This document shows, in pieces, positions 43,340 to 51,427 of a DNA stretch of 55,129 bases (position 1 is its first letter; every line of letters begins with the position of its first letter). The notes beneath the pieces were generated by a model. The model saw only the letters and a list, made by a program, of their open reading frames with translations, was not told where the DNA came from and did not search any database. The stretch is from Candidatus Micrarchaeota archaeon (GTDB lineage: Archaea > Micrarchaeota > Micrarchaeia > Anstonellales > J096), in contig CAYXNY010000038.1 in the NCBI GenBank assembly GCA_964467175.1, positions 1 to 55,129 of the forward strand. Direction: 5' to 3'. Made by a program: the position numbers and the translations under genes.

Positions 43340-44733
43340 AGCTCCCACAATTTTTTCATATAGCTCAATCCTTTTGAAGAGACATTTTCAAACAATCTTC
43401 TATCGTAATTCAAAACTTCCTTGACATTGCTTTTGTACTCCCCCCAAGTTTTCAGCGCCTCTCTCAGCTCATTGTGATTTTTTGCATATTCTTCAAGAGA
43501 TGTTCTGTTCATAACAGCTTCAACCGCCTGCCTCATGGCCATTGCTCCGTAGTATGTCCCCCTCGGATGGCCGTGCACCCCACCGCCTGCTTGTATGTTT
43601 ACATCCCTCCCAAAAAGCTCGATTAGCGCAGGTATTCTTGTAGGGTCTATCCCGCCGCTTGCAATGGGCAGAACCGGTTTAATATGCCTTGCCCACTCGA
43701 ACTCAAGCGAACCCAAATACTCCTTTGCCTCGCCTTTTCTTTCAGCAACAATCTCCTGTATCCTTTTTACATGCAGTATTCCCCCCTCCATTTTCCCAAC
43801 GCCGGTTCCTACATGGAGCTGGTCCACGCCAATAAGCCTGTAGAATTTTGCGTATATATAGAAGCTTACCCCAAAATTTCCTCTTTCATGCGCCGCATAC
43901 CCAGCCCTATGCCCATGGATCGCAATCCCAGCCCGGTCCAATTCCTCCTTTATTTCCATAAGCGCAGAAAGCCCGAGTATATACACATCTAGCATTGCAA
44001 TTTTCCATCCATGCTCCTTCAGATAATCCACCCGCTCAACCATCCTTGAAACTTTATCCGTTATGTTTGTTGAATACAAAACCTTTCTTCCGGTCTCCTT
44101 CTCAACCTTATCAACAACCTTCATCATCTCGTCAAACCTTTCCCTCCATCTGCAGAAATTCTGGTCGATGAGGTTCTCATCATCCTTCACCAGGTCAAGC
44201 CCGCCGGAATATGCCTGATAGGCTACATGCGCGAACTCCTTCGGGCTGAGGCCCACCTTCGGCTTCACTATCGTCCCTATATGTGGCCTTCTGCTTTTTT
44301 CAGTCCCAACCATCTCCCTTATTCCCTCTATTCCAAATTTTGGCCCGTTAAAAATTTTCTGCCATTTAACCGGAAAGGAAATATCCAATATGTACAACTC
44401 TTCAAGCTCCTTCAACCCGAATATATTGCCGAGCACAGACGCCTGGAATTGAAGCGGGTTTTTCCAGTCAAAGTGTCTGAATGGGTATGCAATCTTTATG
44501 TACCCCGCATGCTCACCTACTTTTTTTATCTCAAAAACCCTCGCCTTCAGTTTTTCAAACATGTGCTGTTTCACTGTTGAGAGCGCGGTCCATGTCCCAA
44601 CAGAACTTTCAGCCGCTATCGCTTCGGCTATTTTCTCTATATTCATTTTTCCGCTTGCCCAAAGCAGAACAACAAAATCGTCTTCTTCCGGCGTGTAGTT
44701 GGGCTCCAAATAGGAATATCCTCCATATGGCAT
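43336..44733 (-). CDS. rbcL: ribulose-1,5-bisphosphate carboxylase large subunit, archaeal form III-like
   Basis: GTIVKPKVGLSP, GGLDLVKDDENL, HGHRAG and GGGVHGHP motifs. Start at ATG 44733 follows GGTGGT. The track ORF N-terminal 44 aa are rejected. Confidence 0.85.
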   Translation of the reverse strand: MPYGGYSYLEPNYTPEEDDFVVLLWASGKMNIEKIAEAIAAESSVGTWTALSTVKQHMFEKLKARVFEIKKVGEHAGYIKIAYPFRHFDWKNPLQFQASVLGNIFGLKELEELYILDISFPVKWQKIFNGPKFGIEGIREMVGTEKSRRPHIGTIVKPKVGLSPKEFAHVAYQAYSGGLDLVKDDENLIDQNFCRWRERFDEMMKVVDKVEKETGRKVLYSTNITDKVSRMVERVDYLKEHGWKIAMLDVYILGLSALMEIKEELDRAGIAIHGHRAGYAAHERGNFGVSFYIYAKFYRLIGVDQLHVGTGVGKMEGGILHVKRIQEIVAERKGEAKEYLGSLEFEWARHIKPVLPIASGGIDPTRIPALIELFGRDVNIQAGGGVHGHPRGTYYGAMAMRQAVEAVMNRTSLEEYAKNHNELREALKTWGEYKSNVKEVLNYDRRLFENVSSKGLSYMKKLWEL

Positions 44734-44749
44734 AGTACCACCAGAAAAG

Positions 44750-45367
44750 ATGGGAGGTGCGATGTTTAAAAATTTAATGGAAAAAACACCACTCATGATT
44801 AATATCTCTTTAGTGCTACAGATATTCGCGCTAATAAATCCGTTCTCCTCATTCCCGGTGCTCATGGCGGCCTACGCCAAGAAAATGAACGTTAAGGACA
44901 TCGCCATTCAATCGACCTTCATCGCATCTGTCGTTGCAATAGCCATAATTTTTGTCGGCCCTTTTCTTTTCGATATTTTCAACGTAAGCATGGATGCATT
45001 CAGGGTTGCAGGCGGAATAATCCTTCTCCTCTTAGGTATAAGCACTGCGAGGAACAGCGGAGGTGTATCTGTGCAAGCAGACACCGCAGAGGCGCTTACC
45101 TCTCTGATCGCAACCCCTCTTCTTACGGGGCCGGCGGTAATATCATTTATCACGATTAAAACATACGAACTTGGGGATGCGGTTGTTATCGCCAATACTC
45201 TTGCTGCGTTTGTACTTGTGGGTATTGTTTTCTACTTCCTTTCTTCGCTTATACCTAGAATAAATCTTCGCGTAGTTGGAATACTTTCAAGAATTTTGGG
45301 CCTATTCCTTCTTGCTGTTGCGATCGGGATGCTCGCAACAGGTATCAAAAGCATTTTTGGTATTTAG
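44750..45367 (+). CDS. MarC-family (UPF0056) integral membrane protein
   Basis: Six hydrophobic helices and an NPFSSFPV motif. Alternative start at ATG 44762, preceded by GGAGGTG. Confidence 0.65.
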   Translation: MGGAMFKNLMEKTPLMINISLVLQIFALINPFSSFPVLMAAYAKKMNVKDIAIQSTFIASVVAIAIIFVGPFLFDIFNVSMDAFRVAGGIILLLLGISTARNSGGVSVQADTAEALTSLIATPLLTGPAVISFITIKTYELGDAVVIANTLAAFVLVGIVFYFLSSLIPRINLRVVGILSRILGLFLLAVAIGMLATGIKSIFGI

Positions 45368-45490
45368 TGCCGCAGGCCGGATTTTCAAACCCTTTTCCGC
45401 TGAAACCCTTTTAGCAGCCCAAAAAGGGCTCTTTGAACCAGCAACACCTCGGTCTTCAGCCGAGTGCTCTCCCGGGTTGAGCTACTGCGG
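45368..45490 (-). tRNA. tRNA-Phe(GAA) with T-loop intron
   Basis: Reverse complement: acceptor GCCGCAG/CTGCGGC plus A. D arm GCTC/GAGC. Anticodon stem CTCGG/CCGAG with loop CTGAAGA. T arm GCTGG-TTCAAAT-CCGGC after excision. Confidence 0.85.
45382..45430 (-). other. tRNA-Phe intron (T-loop 59/60), BHB with compensatory changes
   Basis: GAGCCCTTTTTGGGCTGCTAAAAGGGTTTCAGCGGAAAAGGGTTTGAAAA. Same architecture as the Ser and Arg copies, with CCTT/AAGG replaced by CCCTT/AAGGG. Confidence 0.75.
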
Positions 45491-45531
45491 CGCAAAAGCA
45501 GATGTTTTTTATCAGCAGTCTTTTTAAAATG

Positions 45532-47106
45532 TTATTTTTTTCCTGCTTCTTTTAAAAATAATTTAAAAAGCGGAGCCGGGGCCTCCAGCCTGCTCTTGAA
45601 CTCAGGATGGCTTTGGGTCGCGATCCCAAAACTTTCTGACCACTCAACCATTTCCACAATATCCTTGTGCCACCCAGAAACAACAAGACCGCTTTTTCTA
45701 AGCTCCTCCACAAACTCCGGATTTACTTCATACCTATGCCTGTGCCTTTCATACACAACTTCCTGCCCATACGCCTCCCATGCCTTTGTTCCTTTCTCTA
45801 TTCTCATTTCATACGCCCCCAACCTCATCGTCCCGCCCATCTTTGCAATTTGCTTCTGCTCCGGCAAAATGTCTATAACAGGATGCTTTGTTTCCTTATC
45901 AAATTCTGCTGAGTTTGCGTCTTTCCATCCAACCACGTTCCTAGCCCACTCAACGACCATCAGTTGCATCCCCAAGCACAGCCCCAAATAAGGAATTTTG
46001 TTTGTTCTCGCATAGTTTATCGCAGAGATTTTTCCTTCTATCCCTCTTCTTCCAAACCCACCCGGAACGATTACTCCATCCACATCGTAAAGGTATTTCT
46101 TTGCGCCCTCCTCCTCTATGTTTGTTGATTCTACCCACTTTATTTCAGGCCTTATCCTCAGCCACGCGCCTGCATGCACAAGTGCTTCTTTAACGCTCAA
46201 ATAGGCATCCTTTACGTCGGTATACTTCCCAACTATGGCAATCTTTGATGTTTTTGTTGCGCTCTTTATATTTTCCACAAGTTTCTTCCACCCTTCCAAA
46301 TCCCCTTCTTTTCTAAGCCCAAAATACTTTGCAATTATCTCATACACCCCCTGTTTTTCAAAAACGAGCGGAAGTTCGTACAGGGTTTCTACATAAGGGT
46401 CATCTATCACATTTTCTATTGGAACGTTGCAGTACAGGCTTATCTTTTCCTTTGCCTCCTTCTTCAGCTTCTCCTCTTCCCTTGCGATTATCATATGCGG
46501 TTGTATCCCAAGGCTCTGCAGAAGACGGGTTGCATGCTGAGTGGGTTTTGTTTTCTGCTCGCCTGGAGAAACGCTCGGCACATAAGTAAGCTGGATGAAG
46601 AAAACCTGCTCTTCTAAGCTAAGCTGCCTTATCGCCTCAAGAAAATAACCGTTCTCCAAATCCCCCACGGTTCCGCCTACCTCTATCGCAACAACATCTG
46701 CCTTGCTTTCGTCATAAACCTCCTTCACCCATTTCTTTATCTCATCTGTCAAATGCGGAACGAACTGCACATCCCTCCCCAAATAGTCGCCTCTCCTCTC
46801 CTTCTCTATGATAAGCCTGAAAAGCTTTCCGCCAGTGATGCTGCACTTTCCTTGCAGAGAAATGTTTAGAAAACGCTCATATGTTCCGAAGTCCAAATCC
46901 ACTTCAGTTCCATCGTCAAGAACAAAAACCTCGCCGTGCCTAAAGGGGTTCATCGTTCCGCAGTCAACATTCAAATAGCCGTCGAATTTTATCGGAATTA
47001 CAGAATACCCCCTGCTCTGGAGAAGTTTTGCTAGGCTAGAAGTAACCATTCCCTTTCCGAGGCCGGACATTATGGAGCCTGTAATTACGATGAACTTTCT
47101 TGGCAT
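45532..47106 (-). CDS. pyrG: CTP synthase
   Basis: N-terminus GSIMSGLGKG and the GATase catalytic motif GLCLGMQ. Confidence 0.9.
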   Translation of the reverse strand: MPRKFIVITGSIMSGLGKGMVTSSLAKLLQSRGYSVIPIKFDGYLNVDCGTMNPFRHGEVFVLDDGTEVDLDFGTYERFLNISLQGKCSITGGKLFRLIIEKERRGDYLGRDVQFVPHLTDEIKKWVKEVYDESKADVVAIEVGGTVGDLENGYFLEAIRQLSLEEQVFFIQLTYVPSVSPGEQKTKPTQHATRLLQSLGIQPHMIIAREEEKLKKEAKEKISLYCNVPIENVIDDPYVETLYELPLVFEKQGVYEIIAKYFGLRKEGDLEGWKKLVENIKSATKTSKIAIVGKYTDVKDAYLSVKEALVHAGAWLRIRPEIKWVESTNIEEEGAKKYLYDVDGVIVPGGFGRRGIEGKISAINYARTNKIPYLGLCLGMQLMVVEWARNVVGWKDANSAEFDKETKHPVIDILPEQKQIAKMGGTMRLGAYEMRIEKGTKAWEAYGQEVVYERHRHRYEVNPEFVEELRKSGLVVSGWHKDIVEMVEWSESFGIATQSHPEFKSRLEAPAPLFKLFLKEAGKK

Positions 47107-47127
47107 AGCAGTTTATTGGGCAAATAA

Positions 47128-47156
47128 AATAAAAAGGTTTCTTTTGGTATTAGAAA
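47128..47156. repeat. 29-bp perfect direct repeat, left copy (pairs with 48164..48192)
   Basis: AATAAAAAGGTTTCTTTTGGTATTAGAAA. Lies in the pyrG upstream region, directly abutting the HEPN stop. Confidence 0.8.
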
Positions 47157-47158
47157 AA

Positions 47159-47599
47159 TTATGCCAACAGTTTTTTGCATGCCTCAATAATCTCCCTGGC
47201 CACTTCTACTGCTTCTTTAATTTCCTCTTCTCCTATTTCTTCGCTCTCGAAGCCATAAAGGGCGTCGTGTCTTTCCTCTTTATACGCTTCCATCGCATTT
47301 ATCAAGTGTAAAGGAAACTTCCCCTTTCTTGCGTATTTTTCGTTCATATATTTTATCAAACAATGATGCGATTTCTCCTGCACACCATCTCTGTAAAGTA
47401 CAGCCCTCGCAGCATGAAACATCGATGCGTATGCCATCACAAGTCCGGATATCAAAGCCCGGTTTTTTAAGTTTATTTCCGCTTCTTTCAAGCAAGCCTC
47501 AGCAGATTCGAGAGATTTTTTTGATTTTATAAAATCAGGCCTTGTCTTCCTTAGCTTTCTCTCTTCAAAACATCTTTCAACCTCTTCAAGCATGTTCAA
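47159..47599 (-). CDS. HEPN domain protein (toxin-like partner of MNT)
   Basis: Helical, about 146 aa, with ...HAARAVLYRDGVQEKSHHCL... Overlaps the upstream nucleotidyltransferase gene by 14 nt. Confidence 0.65.
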   Translation of the reverse strand: MNMLEEVERCFEERKLRKTRPDFIKSKKSLESAEACLKEAEINLKNRALISGLVMAYASMFHAARAVLYRDGVQEKSHHCLIKYMNEKYARKGKFPLHLINAMEAYKEERHDALYGFESEEIGEEEIKEAVEVAREIIEACKKLLA

Positions 47600-48140
47600 C
47601 TATCGGTAGATTTCCTTTTAAAACTATGGAGTTTGTGATGACCTCTATGTAGAATGCTTTGTTTTTTTCCGCAACTTTTTTCCATTCTTCAAGAGTAAGG
47701 CATTTCAGGTTTATCTCGCGCTTTAGCATTTCCGAAATCACTAACTTGTCCGCGTTGCATCCTGATGCGATGACAAGAATATCATAATCGCTGTTTTCAT
47801 CATCCTCTCCTCTTGCAGTACTCCCATAAACAAGCAGGCTTTGCAGTCCAAAGCTGTTTTTTGCTATGTACTCAATTACGCCACTCTTTTCTATTAGGTA
47901 GGTTGAGTAGGCAATTTTTAGTTTTTTAACCGTTAGGGACATGATTGGCTTTACAAAAACCCTTCCGTACGATTTCTTCCTCTCAACAAGCCCATATTCA
48001 GAAAGATGCTTAATCATTCTATAGCATGTTGAAGAGCTTGTCCCAGTTTTTCTTGCAAGTTCTCTTAAGTGAATCGCTTTATACGGATGCTCTAGAAGAT
48101 ACGGAAGCACTCTGTTCCATTTTTGAAATATATTTTTCAT
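47586..48140 (-). CDS. minimal nucleotidyltransferase (MNT) with N-terminal winged-helix domain
   Basis: LLVYGSTARGEDDENSDYDILVI (GSx..D.D NTase motif). N-terminal wHTH (LRELARKTGTSSSTCYRMIKHLSEYGLV). Confidence 0.75.
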   Translation of the reverse strand: MKNIFQKWNRVLPYLLEHPYKAIHLRELARKTGTSSSTCYRMIKHLSEYGLVERKKSYGRVFVKPIMSLTVKKLKIAYSTYLIEKSGVIEYIAKNSFGLQSLLVYGSTARGEDDENSDYDILVIASGCNADKLVISEMLKREINLKCLTLEEWKKVAEKNKAFYIEVITNSIVLKGNLPIVEHA

Positions 48141-48163
48141 ATTTAGAACATTAAAGGAAAGAG

Positions 48164-48192
48164 AATAAAAAGGTTTCTTTTGGTATTAGAAA
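48164..48192. repeat. 29-bp perfect direct repeat, right copy
   Basis: Identical to 47128..47156. Lies 24 nt upstream of the MNT start codon. Confidence 0.8.
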
Positions 48193-48197
48193 TAGGG

Positions 48198-48381
48198 CGT
48201 TGCAAATTAAACATTTTAACCGCTATTCGCTTAAATAAAAAAATAAACAAAAAAATTTTTTGCTTCGCTTCTCGGAGAAGATGAAGAGAATAGAAGAGAA
48301 AGAAAAGCGAGATGCGAGTTTTTTATTTTTATTTTTTTGTTGTTTTTGCGGCAGCGGGTTTTTCAGAGATAATTTGCAACG
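48198..48381. repeat. 184-bp imperfect palindrome with 12-bp perfect terminal inverted repeats
   Basis: CGTTGCAAATTA (48198-48209) and TAATTTGCAACG (48370-48381). The arms carry an A-run and a T-run. The centre is purine-rich. Confidence 0.5.
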
Positions 48382-48425
48382 GGCGCATTAGAAAAATCAA
48401 GAAAATTTGAAAAATAAAAAATAAA

Positions 48426-48632
48426 CTATGCAAACTGCCTGTTTTTTTCCCATTTATCATAAAGCGGGTCGTGCCCGTTGTTTTTAAACTTATTCTCTCT
48501 ATTCTGAAGCGCTTTTTCTACACGCTTTACTCCGAACCTATTCACCAACCTTTCTATTCTTTCAAGATCCCTTACACTTCCGTTCCAATGGTTATGTATC
48601 ACTGCAAACTTCCCAACTTCGTCTTTTCCCAT
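48426..48632 (-). CDS. hypothetical small protein (68 aa)
   Basis: ORF only. Confidence 0.3.
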   Translation of the reverse strand: MGKDEVGKFAVIHNHWNGSVRDLERIERLVNRFGVKRVEKALQNRENKFKNNGHDPLYDKWEKNRQFA

Positions 48633-48756
48633 ATACCCACCTCTATTTGTTTATTTTTGTGAGGGATTTTGAAAGAAGATTTATAAATCTGTCGTTGCTT
48701 AGTTCGGCAAATGACTTACTAAACTTTATTTAAATACTTTTCCTCAATCCCATTCA

Positions 48757-49149
48757 ATGGCAGTAAAATACGAGCCCGCAAAGGATATTCAAGAGATGCT
48801 TGATGATCTTCTAGATGCAATGGAATGGAGGCATCTCATAGCCCCGAGAATAATATGCATCCGGAGCAGGGGGTCGAAGTCCAGAGCGTATGCGAGGATA
48901 TGGGCGTTCCCGAAAATATGGCAGGTTGCCCTAGACCTCTCAGCCCCATTTTATGTAATAGAATTTTTGAGCGAGAATTTCGATTCTTTGAGCGAAAAAG
49001 AAAAGGTAAAAACAATTATTCACGAAATTTTGCACATCCCAAAAAGCTTCGGCGGAGGGCTTTTGAGCCATAAGCAGGGAAAAATAAACAGAAGAAGTGA
49101 AGAAGAGCTGTTTAAGGAATATAAAAAGAAAGGCGGGTTATTTGGTTAA
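48757..49149 (+). CDS. putative zinc metallopeptidase (HExxH)
   Basis: HEILH motif in a roughly 130-aa protein resembling small predicted archaeal metallopeptidases. TATA-like TTTATTTAAATA about 25 nt upstream. Confidence 0.55.
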   Translation: MAVKYEPAKDIQEMLDDLLDAMEWRHLIAPRIICIRSRGSKSRAYARIWAFPKIWQVALDLSAPFYVIEFLSENFDSLSEKEKVKTIIHEILHIPKSFGGGLLSHKQGKINRRSEEELFKEYKKKGGLFG

Positions 49150-50046
49150 AACCTCGCACCCATCCTTATTCACAAGAACAGTGTGCTCAAACTGAGCAAC
49201 TATTCCATCCCCTGCCTCTTTGAGCACAGGATAGGTTTTCAGCATTCCTTTCTCAACCATCTCCCTTATAGTTGCATTAACAATTAATTTTGATTTGAAT
49301 TCTTTGTGGAGCCATCTCTCTGCAAAAGGGAGCAGCCCATAGTTATCCAAAATATGGATGAGCACTTTCCTTCCTTGCCTCATCCTTACATTCCCAGGAG
49401 CATGCAAACTAAATATCCTCACCTCATCCGTATCATTTACATACCCCTTTCCGTTTGTTGCAAAAGGCTCTATTGCAAAAACATCCCCTTCTTTAAGTTC
49501 ATATGGGTCCGGGGTTTTTACATTTGGAATCTCCACGCCGGCGTGAAGAAGCCCTTTCTCTATTTTGTGGCCAGTTAGATTTGCAATCGGCTTAAACCCA
49601 TACTCCTTTATTGTGCTTTCTATAACCCCACCGATTTCCCCGACTTTCACGCCCGGTTTTATTGCTTGGATTGCTTTTTCGAGAGCTGCTCTGCTCGCTT
49701 CAAGAAGTTTTTCCTGCTTTCCGGACAAATCCACTGTCGTTGCAGAATCTCCTATGCAATCATTCACCCTTACCCCAATATCTATTTTGACTACGGCATC
49801 ATCAGGGACAGTTTCTTTCTCGTCTACGCCGGGTGTGTAATGGGCGGCAGTGCTGTTTATGCCTATGTTAACCGGAAATGCGATCTTCCCGCCTTCATCA
49901 ACAATCATCTTTTCAGCAGTTTCGGCTATATCAAACAGGCTTTCGCCGGCTATCACAAGCTTTTCTACTTCCTTCAGCACCTTTGCGGTTATCTTCCCTG
50001 CCTTCCTAAAATCTGAAATATCGTTATCGCTAAGCATAGGAACCAC
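49138..50046 (-). CDS. map: methionine aminopeptidase, type 2 (archaeal)
   Basis: AAHYTP, the D..D metal ligands, and an inserted helical subdomain typical of MetAP2. Confidence 0.85.
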   Translation of the reverse strand: MVPMLSDNDISDFRKAGKITAKVLKEVEKLVIAGESLFDIAETAEKMIVDEGGKIAFPVNIGINSTAAHYTPGVDEKETVPDDAVVKIDIGVRVNDCIGDSATTVDLSGKQEKLLEASRAALEKAIQAIKPGVKVGEIGGVIESTIKEYGFKPIANLTGHKIEKGLLHAGVEIPNVKTPDPYELKEGDVFAIEPFATNGKGYVNDTDEVRIFSLHAPGNVRMRQGRKVLIHILDNYGLLPFAERWLHKEFKSKLIVNATIREMVEKGMLKTYPVLKEAGDGIVAQFEHTVLVNKDGCEVLTK

Positions 50047-50087
50047 GGAGAATAATGGATAGGAAGGTTAAAAAATTATACCAATCT

Positions 50088-50645
50088 TCAACTAGGTATT
50101 CGTGGCAGTTCTAAATTCTTTGTATCTATATTTATTCCCTTCTCCTTTTTGAGATCCGCGGATAGATATGGCGGGGCGCGGTATGTTGCGTTTGGGAATC
50201 CTTTATTGTTTGCTATGTCTGTAGCAGTAGGGTTAGGTGATTCTTTAGATGCAGCCTCTATTTCTGTAGCCAGATAATTTTTTCCACTGCTCTCCACCAA
50301 CCCAATCATAATTTTTCCTTCATTATTTTTAAACAACAACAACCATACTTCCTTTTCTTTTGCAAATTTTCCCTCTTCTCTGTACTCGCCCCTCAATGCA
50401 CCAACAATATTTTCTCTGCTACCAAGCCCCATCTTTTCAGCAGTGTTTTTTCCTTCCTCCGGATATTCCCACATTTTTTCAAGTAATCTATTGAAATTTT
50501 TCTGTAACCCCTCGGTGCTTGGAGAAATAAACGACGTCCCTACAAATTCAACCCCGGAAATTGTTATCGAACCAATGTCGCCTCCATTAAGTTTTATTGA
50601 AATTGTATTTCCTTCGGTTTTAGCCGCAATTATATTCTCTACCAT
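50088..50645 (-). CDS. hypothetical protein
   Basis: ORF only. Overlaps the upstream gene by 7 nt, so probably co-transcribed. Confidence 0.5.
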   Translation of the reverse strand: MVENIIAAKTEGNTISIKLNGGDIGSITISGVEFVGTSFISPSTEGLQKNFNRLLEKMWEYPEEGKNTAEKMGLGSRENIVGALRGEYREEGKFAKEKEVWLLLFKNNEGKIMIGLVESSGKNYLATEIEAASKESPNPTATDIANNKGFPNATYRAPPYLSADLKKEKGINIDTKNLELPRIPS

Positions 50646-51424
50646 TTCGGTTCACCTCTTGTAAATATTACTACATACCCATTTTTTAAATATTTCACTA
50701 CAAATGGCCAGAGCGCTTCCCACTCGGAAGGACCAAAACCATCCGTGTTTATCTTAACAACCAAATCATTTTTCAATTTATACTTAAAATACTCGTCAAC
50801 TATGTTCTCCCGCCCTGCTCCTTCCGGCCAGTAGTCTAGAAGAGGGTACAAAACTATGTTTTTTGTCCCACCTGAATGATCCCACACCGGCCAACCATCA
50901 ACAGTATCCCCCCTCACTTCTTCCACTCCTCTTGAGCCTGCATAGACCTTCCCCTTCTCTCCAATAACAAAACAAACCATGTGGCTTTGTGTTTCGGACA
51001 CCAAAGCACTCCCTAATCCAGTAACTTTGCCTTTTTTATCCATCCAAACAGAAGCCCCCCTGATTACTGCCATCGCATACTCCAAACCAGCAGCCTTTGC
51101 AGCTGTTGCATTAAAAACAGAAAAATTCACGCATAGCCCGCCATACTCCAGCGCGTCCTTCCAGGTGATGTGTGTGTCGCTCATGTCATAATCATACGAA
51201 AACCATTTTGAAATTCTATTTACTGTTTCCAGCCAACTCTCAAAAGTTTTTCCATCCCATTCATTGCTCTTCAAAAACTTCCTCATGCTGTCTATTTCAT
51301 TGATCGTTATAGTATCCCCGCTTGTAGGTAGAAAATACCTCTCAAAATCTTTTTTTGGCTGGGTTTTTGGCTGGGCAGAAAGAATCGCAAAAGTTGCGGC
51401 CAGAGCCAAGGCAAGCTTTTTCAT
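50639..51424 (-). CDS. secreted protein, possible transglutaminase-like core (paralog of 53525..54367)
   Basis: Signal peptide. GGLCVNFSVFNATAAKAAG (Cys) and QSHMVCFVIGEKGKVY (His). Shares the N-terminal E[RQ]Y[FL][LF]P motif with 53525..54367. Confidence 0.45.
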   Translation of the reverse strand: MKKLALALAATFAILSAQPKTQPKKDFERYFLPTSGDTITINEIDSMRKFLKSNEWDGKTFESWLETVNRISKWFSYDYDMSDTHITWKDALEYGGLCVNFSVFNATAAKAAGLEYAMAVIRGASVWMDKKGKVTGLGSALVSETQSHMVCFVIGEKGKVYAGSRGVEEVRGDTVDGWPVWDHSGGTKNIVLYPLLDYWPEGAGRENIVDEYFKYKLKNDLVVKINTDGFGPSEWEALWPFVVKYLKNGYVVIFTRGEPKW

Positions 51425-51427
51425 GTT

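Noticed and set aside
45276-45991. Track ORFs 45276..45527 and 45464..45991
   Set aside because: The first spans tRNA-Phe. The second is antisense to the well-supported pyrG gene.
47133-47143. The 11-mer AAAAAGGTTTC is shared between the 29-bp cassette repeat and the 16S mini-intron (23976-23986)
   Set aside because: The similarity does not extend beyond 11 nt and the contexts differ. I treated it as coincidence in an A/T-rich genome.
48281-48391. 36-aa ORF (MKRIEEKEKRDASFLFLFFCCFCGSGFFRDNLQRAH) at the centre of the 184-bp palindrome
   Set aside because: It is too short, and its composition is dictated by the purine-rich centre and T-tract arm. There is no ribosome-binding site or independent support. 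Noted only as a possibility.
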